Counted from the stretch's first letter, positions 48,826 through 57,951 are shown. The stretch is DNA of 64,000 nucleotides from Alphaproteobacteria bacterium (GCA_009691025.1 SHWB01000002.1:8300-72299), one strand, 5' to 3'. The notes: generated by a model not told the origin, from the sequence alone. Numbers and translations: made by a program.

Positions 48826-48947
48826 GTCGCCACGGCCAAGCGGCGAGAGCCGCGCGAGCCGGGGCCCATGAACACGGGCCACGCAAAGCCTTGCACCGTC
48901 CGGTGTTCATAGGTCCCGGGTCTACGCTGCGCTTCGCCCGGGACGAC
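48826..48947 (-). repeat. Repeat family A, copy 3 (inverted orientation)
   Basis: The reverse complement aligns along its full length with 14411-14538. Lies in a convergent gap. Confidence 0.8.
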
Positions 48948-49021
48948 TATCGAGCATGAAGCCACCGAAGCAACCTTTCGGCAGCACACCGATTTCCAAC
49001 GAATTCATTTCCGACCGGCCT

Positions 49022-49048
49022 CTCAGGGTGAGGGGGCGGAGAGGGTGG
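49022..49048. repeat. Repeat family C fragment
   Basis: ctcagggtgagggggcggagagggtgg. Confidence 0.35.
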
Positions 49049-49079
49049 ATTGCCGAAGGCTGCCGGATGCGGGCCGCCG

Positions 49080-49891
49080 CTACCGCCGGATGTGCGCGAA
49101 GTCCCAGTAGAGTTCGCGCACCCGGCGGTAGACCGGGCCGGGCTGCAGGTCGCGGTCCTCGCAGCGGATGACCGGATGCACCTTGCCGAAATTGCCGGTG
49201 TTGAAGATTTCGTCGGCACGGCGCAACTCGTCGGGATGCACCGGGCGTTCCTCGACGGCGATGCCATCGGCGCGCAGCAGGACGGCGACGCTCTGGCGCG
49301 TGATGCCGTTGAGGAAGGTGCCGTTGGGCGAGGGCGTGATCGCCACACCGTCCTTCACCAGACAGACATTGGCGGTGGCGAATTTGGCGACCGTGCCCAT
49401 CGGATCGAGCATGACGCAATTGTTGAAGCCGAGATCGACCGCGTCGCGCAGCGCGCGCGCCGATTGCGGGTAGAGGCAGGCGGTCTTGGCCTCGGTCGGC
49501 GCGGTGTCGGGCGTGGGCCGGCGCCACGGCGACATGCAGGCGGTGAAGCCCGTGCCCTGCGGCATCGGCGATTCGACGAAGACCATGGCGAAGCGCGTGG
49601 TCTCCGGATCGGGCAGGATCATCGGCAGGCCCTGTTCGCAGAAGAACAGCGGCCGGATGTAGAGGGCGGTGCCGGAGGGGAAGCGCGCCGCGCCGTCGCG
49701 CGCGATCTCCCCGATCTCGCCGTCCGACAGCATCGGCCGAGGCCGAGCGTCTGGGCCGAGCGCACGACACGCGCGCAATGGCGGTCGAGGTCGAGGGCGA
49801 CCGAGCCCATCCACGACGAGTGCGACAGCGAGCCGATCAACGGCACGTTGCCCTTGCGCCACTAGCCGTCGACCCGGATCAGTGCAGCCAT
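49080..49891 (-). pseudogene. Class IV (branched-chain/D-amino-acid type) aminotransferase with an in-frame TAG and a frameshift
   Basis: ATG 49891: MAALIRVDG then TAG (49862-49864), then WRKGNVPLIGSLSHSSWMGSVALDLDRHCARVVRSAQTLGLG (ORF 49619..49846). The rest, ..PMLSDGEIGEIARDG...GTALYIRPLFF...NGITRQSV...ADEIFNTGNFGKV.PV.., is in the frame of ORF 49080..49940. The switch is near 49729-49748. Confidence 0.75.
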
Positions 49892-50030
49892 CGCCGGAGC
49901 GCCGTCGCCACCGGGGTCTCGCGCCCCTCCCGTCGAGCATAGCCTCGCCCTCGCGCGGGCGTCACGCGTTGCGGGCTGGGCGCCGGCCGCAATTGCCGGG
50001 CGCCGCGCGCCGGCCCATATTGCCGCCATC

Positions 50031-50600
50031 ATGCCCATCCTAAAGATCGCCCGCATGGGACACCCGATCCTACGCCGCATCGCCGAGCCGGTCGCCGATC
50101 CGACCGACCAGGCCGTGCGCCGGCTGGCGGAGGCCATGATCGAGACGATGATCGACGCCGACGGTGCCGGCCTCGCCGCGCCGCAGGTGCACATGCCGTG
50201 GCGCATGGTCGTCGTGCAGGTGCCGGCCGAGCGGCTGGCGCGCGAGGGCGAAACGGACGAGGCCGGCGTGCCGCCGACGGTGATGATAAATCCGCTGATC
50301 GAGCCGCTGGGGCCGGAGAAGGAGACGGCCTTCGAGGCCTGCCTGTCGGTGCCCGGCCTCGCCGGCCCGGTGCCGCGCTTCCGCCGCATACACTACCGTT
50401 ACCAGACGCTCTGCGGCGCGACGGTGGAGCGCGTCGTCGAGGGCTTCCATGCGCGCGTCATCCAGCACGAATGCGACCATCTCGACGGCATCCTCTATCC
50501 CATGCGCGTCGAGGATTTCTCGCAGTTCGGCTTCGTCGAGGAGCTGCGCCGCGCCGGCTCGGCGCAGGGCGACGAGGACGGCGAGGATGACGAGGACTAG
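50031..50600 (+). CDS. def: Peptide deformylase
   Basis: GAGLAAPQV, EACLSVPG (a variant of EGCLS) and HECDHLDG motifs, with an unusual acidic tail ..GDEDGEDDED. After the TAG stop the frame stays open and remains acidic for 16 more codons (see findings). Confidence 0.88.
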   Translation: MPILKIARMGHPILRRIAEPVADPTDQAVRRLAEAMIETMIDADGAGLAAPQVHMPWRMVVVQVPAERLAREGETDEAGVPPTVMINPLIEPLGPEKETAFEACLSVPGLAGPVPRFRRIHYRYQTLCGATVERVVEGFHARVIQHECDHLDGILYPMRVEDFSQFGFVEELRRAGSAQGDEDGEDDED

Positions 50601-50601
50601 G

Positions 50602-51330
50602 ATGGCGAAGACTGGGAGGAGCTGGCGCAGGAGGCAGGCGTCCGTGACTGAGCGCTACCCGCAGGCGGCGGCCGCGGCGCGCCTAGCCGGCGCGCGCCGG
50701 ACCATCCTCGCCGCTTCGCTGGCGCATGTGCCCTTCGACGGCTGGAGCGCGGCGGCGTTGCGTCACGGCGCGCGCGATGCCGGCATCGACCGGGTGACGC
50801 TGGCCCGCGCCTTCCCGCGCGGCTCCGGCGAGGCGCTGGCGCAATGGAGCGCCGACGGCGATGCCGCCATGGCGGCGGCGATCGAGACGGCGCGCGCGGG
50901 CGGCGGCGGCACGACCGCGCGCATCCGCGCCGCGCTCGGGGCACGCATCGACTGGCTGGCGCCGCAAAGCGAGGCGCTGCGTCGCGCGCTGGCGTATCTC
51001 GCGCTGCCCGGCCACGGCGCGCTGGCCGCCCGCCTGCTGGCCCACACCGTCGACGAGATCTGGTGGCAAGCGGGCGACCGGTCGAGCGATTTTTCCTGGT
51101 ACACTAGGCGCGCGACGCTCGCCGCCGTCTGGTTGGCCACGCTGCTGGTCCTCGCCGGCGACCGCAGCGAGGGCCGCGCCGTCACGCGCGCCTTCCTCGC
51201 CCGCCGCCTCGCCGATGTCGGGCGCATCCAGAAGCTGCGCGCCCGCCTCGGCGGCCTCGCCGGCGCCGCCCGCCCGGCCGCGCGGCTGGCGCGGACCCTC
51301 GCCGTCTTCGCCCGCCGCCGCGCGGCGTAG
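50602..51330 (+). CDS. COQ9-family (RpsU-divergently-transcribed-like) protein
   Basis: ..R..IL.A.L.HVPFDGWS..AL..GA...G and ..R.......R.RI.....P......AL..LA.P.......L...VD.IW..AGD.S.DF.WYT.R..L. The start is ATG 50602 or GTG 50644. Confidence 0.7.
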   Translation: MAKTGRSWRRRQASVTERYPQAAAAARLAGARRTILAASLAHVPFDGWSAAALRHGARDAGIDRVTLARAFPRGSGEALAQWSADGDAAMAAAIETARAGGGGTTARIRAALGARIDWLAPQSEALRRALAYLALPGHGALAARLLAHTVDEIWWQAGDRSSDFSWYTRRATLAAVWLATLLVLAGDRSEGRAVTRAFLARRLADVGRIQKLRARLGGLAGAARPAARLARTLAVFARRRAA

Positions 51331-51385
51331 GGTCAGCGCGCGGATCGCATGGGGACAACGTCACGGCGACGGGCGATCGGCGCCG

Positions 51386-52249
51386 CTACCGCTGCCTGAA
51401 AGAGTGCGCCTTGTACACGCCCAGCGTGCGCATACGCGTCGAGAAATAATCGAGTTCCTCGAGCGCGCGGGCGACCGGCAGATCGGCCGGATGGCCCTCG
51501 ATCTCGGCATAGAACAGCGCCACGCCAAAATGCTCGCCGGACAGGCAACTTTCCAGCTTGGTGATGTTGACGCCGTTGGTGGCGAAGCCGCCGAGCGCCT
51601 TGTAGAGCGCCGCCGGCACCGAACGGACCTGGAAGATGAACGAGGTCATGCACGGCCCGTCGCCGGGCTCGGGATCCTTGCGCGCGCGCGACATGACGAT
51701 GAAGCGCGTGGTGTTGCCGATGCGGTCCTCGAAGCGGTTGCGCAGCACGTCGAGGCCGTAGAGATCGGCGGCGAGGCCGGGGCAGACGGCGGCGATGGAT
51801 GTGTCGCCCATCTCGGCGACTTCGAGCGCCGCGCCCGCCGTGTCGGCGCGCACCACCGGCCTGAGGCCGAGATCGCGAATCTGCTCGCGGCACTGGGCCA
51901 GCGCCTGGACATGGCTCCACACCTCCCTGAGCCCTTCCAGCGTCGCGCCCTTCGGCGCGGCGAGCTTGTACTGGATTGGCAGGAAGTGCTCGGCGACGAT
52001 GTAGAGCGAGGAGTTTGGCAGCAGATGGTGGATGTCGGCGACGCGACCGCCGAGCGAGTTCTCGATGGGGATCATCGCCAGCGCCGCCGTGCGCTCCGTC
52101 TCCACCGCGGCGAAGGCGTCCTCGAAGGTGCCGCAGGGCAGCGGCGTCATGGCGGGGAAGGCCTCGCGGCAGGAGATATGCGAATTGGCGCCGAGCACGC
52201 CCTGGAAGGCGATCGAGCGGGCCGGGTCGTCGGCGGCTGTATCGGACAT
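51386..52249 (-). CDS. pheA: Prephenate dehydratase
   Basis: ..IAFQG..GA.SH.......P.....PC..FEDAF.AVE......AM.PIENS..G.V, the TRF motif (..NTTRFIVMS..) and a C-terminal ACT domain. Confidence 0.9.
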   Translation of the reverse strand: MSDTAADDPARSIAFQGVLGANSHISCREAFPAMTPLPCGTFEDAFAAVETERTAALAMIPIENSLGGRVADIHHLLPNSSLYIVAEHFLPIQYKLAAPKGATLEGLREVWSHVQALAQCREQIRDLGLRPVVRADTAGAALEVAEMGDTSIAAVCPGLAADLYGLDVLRNRFEDRIGNTTRFIVMSRARKDPEPGDGPCMTSFIFQVRSVPAALYKALGGFATNGVNITKLESCLSGEHFGVALFYAEIEGHPADLPVARALEELDYFSTRMRTLGVYKAHSFRQR

Positions 52250-52267
52250 CGTTGTGGCCGTATTTTT

Positions 52268-52296
52268 AGTTAATTTCCAGATACTTGAGTGAGCAA
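52268..52296 (-). promoter_or_regulatory. Candidate sigma70-type promoter for pheA embedded in the last codons of kdsB
   Basis: The minus strand reads TTGCTC-N17-TTAACT, ending about 19 nt upstream of the pheA ATG (52249). It coincides with a local AT-rich patch and atypical codons at the kdsB 3' end. Confidence 0.3.
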
Positions 52297-53025
52297 CTTC
52301 CGGGCTCGTTCGAGGTCGGCCGGAGTATCGACACCGAGCGGGACGGTGTCAACGAGGCCGACGGCGATGCTCATGCCCGCTTCCAGCGCCCGCAACTGCT
52401 CCAGCCGCTCGCGCCGTTCGAGCGGACTGGTCGGCAGCGCAACGAAGCGCGCCAGAGCCTCGCGGCGGAACACGTAGAGGCCGATATGGTGGTAGAGTGG
52501 CCCGTCGCCTGCGGGCACGGTGGCGCGGCTGAAATAGAGCGCGCGGCCGACCGTGGCGCCCGCCGCCAGCGCCACCACTGCCTTCACGACGTTGGGATCG
52601 GTGCGCTCCTCGGCGCGCAGGATGGGGGCGGCGAGGGTGGCGATATCGGCGCCGGTCTCGGCCAGCGCGGCCACGGCGGCGCGCACCAGTGCCGGGTCGA
52701 GGGTCGGGAGGTCGCCCTGCAGGTTCACCACGGCGTCGTGCCGGCCGGTGGGATCGACCTTGCCGAGGGCCTCGAAGATGCGGTCGGAGCCCGAGGGATG
52801 CGCCGGATTGGTCAGCACGGCGCGGCCGCCGGCGGCCTCGACCGCCGAGACGATCTCGCCCTCGGCGGCGGCGACGACGACCGGCCCGACGCCGGCCTCG
52901 GCGGCGCGGCGCCAGCACTGTACGATCATTGGCGCGCCGGCGATGTCGGCCAGCGGCTTGCCCGGCAGGCGGGTCGAGGCCATACGCGCCGGGATGAGGA
53001 CGATGGGAGTGAGGAAAACCGACAT
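52270..53025 (-). CDS. kdsB: 3-deoxy-manno-octulosonate cytidylyltransferase (CMP-KDO synthetase)
   Basis: I start it at ATG 53025. [32 protein letters not shown]... then GSDRI.EAL and ..VNLQGD.P. TAA stop. Confidence 0.9.
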   Translation of the reverse strand: MSVFLTPIVLIPARMASTRLPGKPLADIAGAPMIVQCWRRAAEAGVGPVVVAAAEGEIVSAVEAAGGRAVLTNPAHPSGSDRIFEALGKVDPTGRHDAVVNLQGDLPTLDPALVRAAVAALAETGADIATLAAPILRAEERTDPNVVKAVVALAAGATVGRALYFSRATVPAGDGPLYHHIGLYVFRREALARFVALPTSPLERRERLEQLRALEAGMSIAVGLVDTVPLGVDTPADLERARKLLTQVSGN

Positions 53026-53190
53026 GTTGCCCCGTTTCTGCGACGTAATGCCGCGCGCTGGCGGGCCGGCTAGGCCGCCCCGCGGCAGCGACGGTATAGA
53101 ATGATCACCCGCTGCGACCAGCCAGCTCGGGGCTGGCAGGTTCCGTGGTACGGGACCGGCGGCAAGCGCGCGTGAAGGGATCGATCGCCC

Positions 53191-53745
53191 ATGTCCAGTG
53201 CGGACCTCAACAAGGTCTTCGGTGCGGGCCTCATCGCCCTGCTGTTTGCCGTGACGATCGGCATCTTCATCAACAAGATGTGGGATGGCGGCCATCACGG
53301 ACCCGTCGAGCGCCATTATGCCTATCCGGTGGAGGTAGAGGGCGCCGGCCAGGCGACCACCGCCGCCGCCGAGCCCGCGCAGCTCAAGCTGGTTGGCTCG
53401 CTGCTCGCCGCCGCCGACGTCGCCAGCGGCAAGAAACTGTCGGGCCGCTGCGCGGCCTGCCACACCTTCGAAAAGGGTGGCGCCGCCCGCGTCGGTCCCA
53501 ATCTGTGGGGCGTGATCGGCGGCAAGACGGCGCACGCGGAGGGTTTCTCCTATTCCTCGGCGATGACCGGCATGAGCAGCACTTGGGACTTCGAGACGCT
53601 GAACGCCTTCCTCGCCAATCCCAAGGGCGTGGTGCCGGGCACGAAGATGACCTTCGCCGGCCTTGCCAAGGCCGAGGATCGGGCCGCGCTGATAGCCTGG
53701 CTCAACCAGCAGTCGGACAGCCCGCTGCCGCTGCCGGCCAACTGA
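53191..53745 (+). CDS. cycM: Membrane-anchored c-type cytochrome (CycM-like)
   Basis: N-terminal TM anchor, heme-binding CAACH, and ..GPNLWGV.G......EGF.YS.AM........W.....L..FL..PK..VPGTKM.F.GL. Confidence 0.8.
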   Translation: MSSADLNKVFGAGLIALLFAVTIGIFINKMWDGGHHGPVERHYAYPVEVEGAGQATTAAAEPAQLKLVGSLLAAADVASGKKLSGRCAACHTFEKGGAARVGPNLWGVIGGKTAHAEGFSYSSAMTGMSSTWDFETLNAFLANPKGVVPGTKMTFAGLAKAEDRAALIAWLNQQSDSPLPLPAN

Positions 53746-53788
53746 CGGGACGGCGCGTGGCCGCCGGCCAGCGTGGCAGGATCGCACC

Positions 53789-54586
53789 GTGACCGATACC
53801 GACGACGACACCCTCCTCGACCTGGCGCGCGACCTCGCGGCGGCCGCGCGCGCCGTGACGCTGCGCCATTTCCGCCAGCCCTTTACCGTCGACGCCAAGG
53901 GCGATGCGAGCCCGGTGACGATCGCCGACCGCGACGCCGAGACGGCCATGCGCCGTCTGCTGGCGGCCCGCGTGCCAGCGCATGGCATCCTAGGCGAGGA
54001 ACATGGTGCCGAGCGCACGGGCGCCGACCAGGTCTGGGTGCTCGACCCGATCGACGGCACGCGCGCCTTCATCACCGGCGTGCCGGTCTGGGGCACGCTC
54101 ATCGCGCTCGTGCGGGCCGGAAAGCCCGTGATCGGCATCATCGACCATCCGGCGCTGGGCGAGTGCTGGATCGGTGTCGCCGGCCGGCCGACACTGCATC
54201 GGCGCGACGGTGCAGCGCCGGTGCCCGTCCGTACCCGGGCCTGCCCGACGCTCGCCGCCGCGAGCCTGTTCGCCACCGCGCCGGAGATGTTCGCCGCGCC
54301 GGCCGATTTTGCCGCCTTCCGCCGCGTCGCCGACCGCGCGCGCTACACCCGCTACGGCACGGATTGCCTCGCCTACGGCCTGATTGCCGCCGGCCATGCC
54401 GATCTGGCCGTCGAGGGTGGCATGAAGCCCTATGATTACTGCTCGCACGTACCCGTACTGGAGGGCGCCGGCGGCGTCATCAGCGACTGGCAGGGGCAGC
54501 CGCTTGGGCTCGGCTCGGACGGGCGAGTCCTGGCTGCCGGCGACACCGCGCTGCACCGCGTCGCACTGGGCGTGCTCGCGCCCTGA
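53789..54586 (+). CDS. Inositol monophosphatase family protein (HisN-like histidinol-phosphatase candidate)
   Basis: GTG start. ..[11 protein letters not shown], ..ILGEE.G, ..[22 protein letters not shown] and ..YG.DC.AY.L.A.G..DL..E.. Confidence 0.75.
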   Translation: MTDTDDDTLLDLARDLAAAARAVTLRHFRQPFTVDAKGDASPVTIADRDAETAMRRLLAARVPAHGILGEEHGAERTGADQVWVLDPIDGTRAFITGVPVWGTLIALVRAGKPVIGIIDHPALGECWIGVAGRPTLHRRDGAAPVPVRTRACPTLAAASLFATAPEMFAAPADFAAFRRVADRARYTRYGTDCLAYGLIAAGHADLAVEGGMKPYDYCSHVPVLEGAGGVISDWQGQPLGLGSDGRVLAAGDTALHRVALGVLAP

Positions 54587-54776
54587 GCGGCGCTGCACAG
54601 GAAATAATCTATCACGACCTTGATCAGCCGGGCGATCCGGTCCATGTATACGCTGGTCATTCTGTATGGACTGACGGCCCTCTCTACGCCTTCGGGCCTG
54701 CGGATCGCTGCCAATCCTCGACACAGTCTGATGCGTTGCCCATCGTGGGCGGCGCCGTACCTATTGGAGGACAGCG

Positions 54777-54986
54777 ATGCCCATCGGCACCGTTAAGTGG
54801 TTCAACAGCACCAAGGGCTATGGCTTCATTCAGCCGGAGTCCGGCGGCCCGGATGTATTCGTCCATATCTCCGCCGTCGAACGCGCCGGCATGCGCAGCC
54901 TGAACGAGGGCCAGAAGGTCTCGTTCGAGGAGCAGCGCGATCCGAAGCGCGGCAAGTCCTCGGCCGAGAACCTCAAGGCCGTCTGA
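54777..54986 (+). CDS. cspA: Cold-shock protein (CspA family)
   Basis: [36 protein letters not shown]...[10 protein letters not shown] long (about 190-nt) leader lies upstream. Confidence 0.93.
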   Translation: MPIGTVKWFNSTKGYGFIQPESGGPDVFVHISAVERAGMRSLNEGQKVSFEEQRDPKRGKSSAENLKAV

Positions 54987-55020
54987 TCCGCCGGCCCTTA
55001 GGGGCACCGGTTCGACAGGA

Positions 55021-55050
55021 GGGGCGCCGGGCAACTGGCGCCCCTTCGCG
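55021..55050 (+). terminator. Weak candidate terminator after cspA
   Basis: GGGGCGCC-gggcaact-GGCGCCCC stem followed by TTCGCG. The U-tract is poor. Confidence 0.3.
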
Positions 55051-55098
55051 TCCGTACCGCCGGGCAGCAGAGGCCGTTCGCAACCGGGAGTACAGACG

Positions 55099-55332
55099 AT
55101 GGCTTTCAAGCCGAATTACCGCCACCAGCGCGCCGAGCGTAACCGCTCCAAGGAGCAGAAGCGCGAGGAGAAGCTGCGCAAGCGCGAGGAGCGCAAGGCG
55201 GGGCTGCGCGAGGGCGAGCCGGTCGACGGCGCGGTCGTAACTACCGGGGACGCGACGAACACCGACGACGAGGCGGACACGGACACCGGCGGTCCGGTCG
55301 CGGCGGACGACGCAACCACCAAATCCGGCTGA
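55099..55332 (+). CDS. Hypothetical small basic/acidic protein
   Basis: MAFKPNYRHQRAERNRSKEQKREEKLRKREERK.. with an acidic tail. The codon pattern is typical of this genome. No family named. Confidence 0.5.
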   Translation: MAFKPNYRHQRAERNRSKEQKREEKLRKREERKAGLREGEPVDGAVVTTGDATNTDDEADTDTGGPVAADDATTKSG

Positions 55333-55371
55333 TACGGCGCGCAATCGGCGCTGCGGCACGAGGAGACAGCG

Positions 55372-55617
55372 ATGGGTCGCAGCAGCAAGAAGCCGCTCGT
55401 GGTTGGCAATTACTTCCTGTTCGATGTCGTTTACCAGGACGGCTCCCGCACCTCCAACCGCAAGGTGCCGACCGAACTGATCGGCGGGCTCGATGGCGAC
55501 GAGCCGGCCCGCGCCCATATCGAGGCGCAGGACCGCGAGATCGCCTCCCGCTCGGGCAATCCGCGTGGACCGATCAAGACCATGACCCGCACGCCGGCAC
55601 GCGCCGCCGCGAAGTGA
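55372..55617 (+). CDS. Hypothetical small protein
   Basis: MGRSSKKPLVVGNYFLFDVVYQDGSRTSNRKVPTELIGGLDGDEPARAHIEAQDREIA... The GC3-rich codon pattern supports coding. Confidence 0.5.
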   Translation: MGRSSKKPLVVGNYFLFDVVYQDGSRTSNRKVPTELIGGLDGDEPARAHIEAQDREIASRSGNPRGPIKTMTRTPARAAAK

Positions 55618-55662
55618 CGGCGGGCGGATGGATCGACCGGCCGAAGTCCAGACCATTCATTT

Positions 55663-55790
55663 TGTCATCCCGGGAGGAGCGCGGAGCGCGCAGACCCGGA
55701 ATCCATAAACACCGGACGTCGCAAGTCCTTGCGCCGCCCGTGTTCATGGTCCCCGGCCCGCGCGGCTGCGGCGCTTGGCCGGGGCAACAC
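55663..55790 (+). repeat. Repeat family A, copy 4
   Basis: Aligns along its full length with 14411-14538 (tgtcatcccgggagg...ccggggcaacac). Lies in a convergent gap. Confidence 0.8.
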
Positions 55791-55885
55791 GGAAGTTTAG
55801 CGATCGGGATCGCGACCGCGATATCGCCGTCACCGCGCCCGCAAACCTGACTTCCACGTTCGAAGACGATCCTGAGCGGCAACAT

Positions 55886-56866
55886 CTATTCGCCCGTCGT
55901 GTCGTCCTTGCGCTCGCCGTTTTCGCCATAGACGAAGCGGCCGGCCTGGCGCGCGGCAACGACGCCGCGGCGGATTTCCCGACCGCGGCGGAACAGCGCT
56001 TCAAGCGTGTCGGCCTCGGCCCAGCGGATGGCCCGCTGCAGGCGAATGAGATCCTCGGTGAAGCGGCCGAGCATTTCCAGCACCGCCTCGCGGTTGGTCA
56101 GGAACACGTCGCGCCACATCACCGGGTCGGAAGCGGCGATGCGCGTGAAATCTCGGAAGCCGCCGGCGGAGTATTTGATGACTTCGGCCGTCGTCACCTT
56201 CTGAGGGTCGGCCGAGGCGGCGAGAATCTGCAGCTGGTTTTCGAGGTCGGCGGCGGTGGCGACGATGGTGTAGGCGATGGCGTGCGGCAGGTGGCTGGTG
56301 ATGGCCAGCACGCGATCGTGATGCACCGGGTCCATCACCTCGACATCGCTGCCGACGGCGCGCCACAGCCGCGCCACGGTCTCGACGGCCGCGGCGTCGG
56401 TGCCTTCGGACGGTGCGAGGATACACCAGCGGTCGCGGAACAACTCGGCGAATCCGGCCTCGGGGCCGGAATGCTCGGTGCCGGCCACGGGGTGGCCCGG
56501 CACCAGATGCACGCCCGCCGGCAGATGCGGCGAGACCGCCTCGATCACGGCGCACTTGACCGAGCCGGTGTCGGTGACGATGGTGCCGGGCGCAAGGCCG
56601 GGCGCCATCGCCTGCACCAGGGACCCCATCGCGCGCACCGGCACGGCGAGCACGACGAGGTCGGCGCCGCGCACGGCGGCGACGGGATCGGTCTCTATGC
56701 TGTCGACGATGCCAAGATTCGGCGCCACCTCGCGAACGCGCGCGTCGGCATCGAGGCCAACTACCAGGCGCGCGAGGCCGCCGGCCTTGATGGCGAGTGC
56801 GAGCGAGGCGCCGATCAGGCCGATGCCGGCGATGACGACGCGCGCGAATGGGGGAGACGCGCTCAT
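55886..56866 (-). CDS. tyrC: Prephenate/arogenate (cyclohexadienyl) dehydrogenase
   Basis: I start it at ATG 56866. MSASPPFARVVIAGIGLIGASLALA.. (Rossmann fold), then ..GHPVAGTE.SGP..., ..HD...A..SHLPH. The start overlaps the hisC stop (ATGA). Confidence 0.88.
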   Translation of the reverse strand: MSASPPFARVVIAGIGLIGASLALAIKAGGLARLVVGLDADARVREVAPNLGIVDSIETDPVAAVRGADLVVLAVPVRAMGSLVQAMAPGLAPGTIVTDTGSVKCAVIEAVSPHLPAGVHLVPGHPVAGTEHSGPEAGFAELFRDRWCILAPSEGTDAAAVETVARLWRAVGSDVEVMDPVHHDRVLAITSHLPHAIAYTIVATAADLENQLQILAASADPQKVTTAEVIKYSAGGFRDFTRIAASDPVMWRDVFLTNREAVLEMLGRFTEDLIRLQRAIRWAEADTLEALFRRGREIRRGVVAARQAGRFVYGENGERKDDTTGE

Positions 56867-57951
56867 CGCGCGAGGAACTCCTCGATGGCGTCGCCGACGG
56901 CAGCCATCTCGGCCGGCGTGCCGATGGTGAAGCGCAGCCAGGCGGGCAGGCCGTAGCCGACGATGCGGCGCACGATGATGCGCCGTTCCTTCAGCCAGGC
57001 ATAGGCGGTGGCCGCGTCGCGGTCCTTGTCGTCGGGAAACCGCGCGATAACGAAATTGGCGACCGACGGATTGACCTCGAGGCCTAGCCCGGCGAGCTGC
57101 CGCGAGAACCAGGGCAACACTGTGTCGTTGTTGGCGCGCGAGCGGTCGGTGTGGGCGACGTCGGCTAGCGCCGCCTTGCCGGCCTCGATCGCCGCCTGAG
57201 AGATGTTGAAGGGCGGGCGTACGCGCTCTATCACCTGGGCGATGGCCGACGGAAAGTAGCCCCAGCCGAGGCGCAGCGAGGCGAGCGCATGGATCTTTGA
57301 GAAGGTCCGCGTCATCACCGTGTTGCCGCCGGCATCCACCAGTTCCATCCCCGGCGAGTAGTCGTTGCGGACGACATACTCCGAATAGGCGGCGTCGACC
57401 ACCAGCAGCACGTTCTCGGGCAGGCCGACGCGCAGCCGCCGCAGCTCGGCCAGCGGCAGGTAGGTGCCGGTTGGGTTGTTTGGATTGGCAAGGAAGACAA
57501 GGCGCGTGCGTGGCGTCACCGCGGCGAGGAAGGCGTCGACATTCGCCGTCAGCTTCGTCTCCGGCACCTTTACGGGCTTCGCCCCGGCCGCCAGTGCGAC
57601 GATCGGATACATCTGGAAGCCGTGGGCGTTGTACAACACCTCGTCGCCCTCGCCGGCATAGGAATGGCCGATCATCTCGAGCAGCTCGTCGGAGCCGGCC
57701 CCGCAGATGATGCGTGCCGGGTCGAGGCCGTAGTGGCGGCCGATCGCCTCGCGCAGCGAGCGGCCGTCGATCTCCGGATAGCGGTGCAGCTCGCGGGCCG
57801 CCCGGGAATAGGCACCCGCGGCGCGCGGGCTCGGCCCCAGCGCGCTCTCGTTGGACCCGATGTTGATGGCGTAGTCGACGCCGGGCCGTGCCTCGCTGGC
57901 CGCGTAGAGCGGGATGTCGAGGATGCCGGGGCGGGGGATAGGCAGGGCCAT
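56863..57951 (-). CDS. hisC: Histidinol-phosphate aminotransferase
   Basis: I start it at ATG 57951. ..NESALGPSP.A......A.....RYP..., ..NPNNPTG and ..RTFSKI.ALA.LR.GWG. Confidence 0.9.
   Translation of the reverse strand: MALPIPRPGILDIPLYAASEARPGVDYAINIGSNESALGPSPRAAGAYSRAARELHRYPEIDGRSLREAIGRHYGLDPARIICGAGSDELLEMIGHSYAGEGDEVLYNAHGFQMYPIVALAAGAKPVKVPETKLTANVDAFLAAVTPRTRLVFLANPNNPTGTYLPLAELRRLRVGLPENVLLVVDAAYSEYVVRNDYSPGMELVDAGGNTVMTRTFSKIHALASLRLGWGYFPSAIAQVIERVRPPFNISQAAIEAGKAALADVAHTDRSRANNDTVLPWFSRQLAGLGLEVNPSVANFVIARFPDDKDRDAATAYAWLKERRIIVRRIVGYGLPAWLRFTIGTPAEMAAVGDAIEEFLAR

Noticed and set aside
10150-50600. Amber (TAG) codon reassignment or dedicated suppression, as an explanation for the 10-11 in-frame TAG codons
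   Set aside because: TAG also terminates roughly a third of the intact genes here at family-typical C-termini (for example korB, hbd, gluQ, pheA, tyrC). TAA and TGA also interrupt genes (the OmpA pair). Several TAG-bearing loci additionally carry frameshifts or deletions. The TAG positions correspond to different expected residues (Glu-like, Ser-like, Gln-like, Trp-like by family comparison). A TAG bias among nonsense mutations is expected from GC3-rich codon usage. No pyl/suppressor-tRNA machinery is visible in the window.
52270-54276. 668-aa minus-strand ORF, and similar long N-terminal extensions: 27720..29651, 55886..58246, 56863..59019, 1463..3799, 8645..10087
   Set aside because: In each case only the 3' portion, from an internal ATG with a family-typical N-terminus, is a real gene (kdsB, tlpA, tyrC, hisC, the ABC exporter, FprA). 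The upstream extension runs antisense through other well-supported genes.
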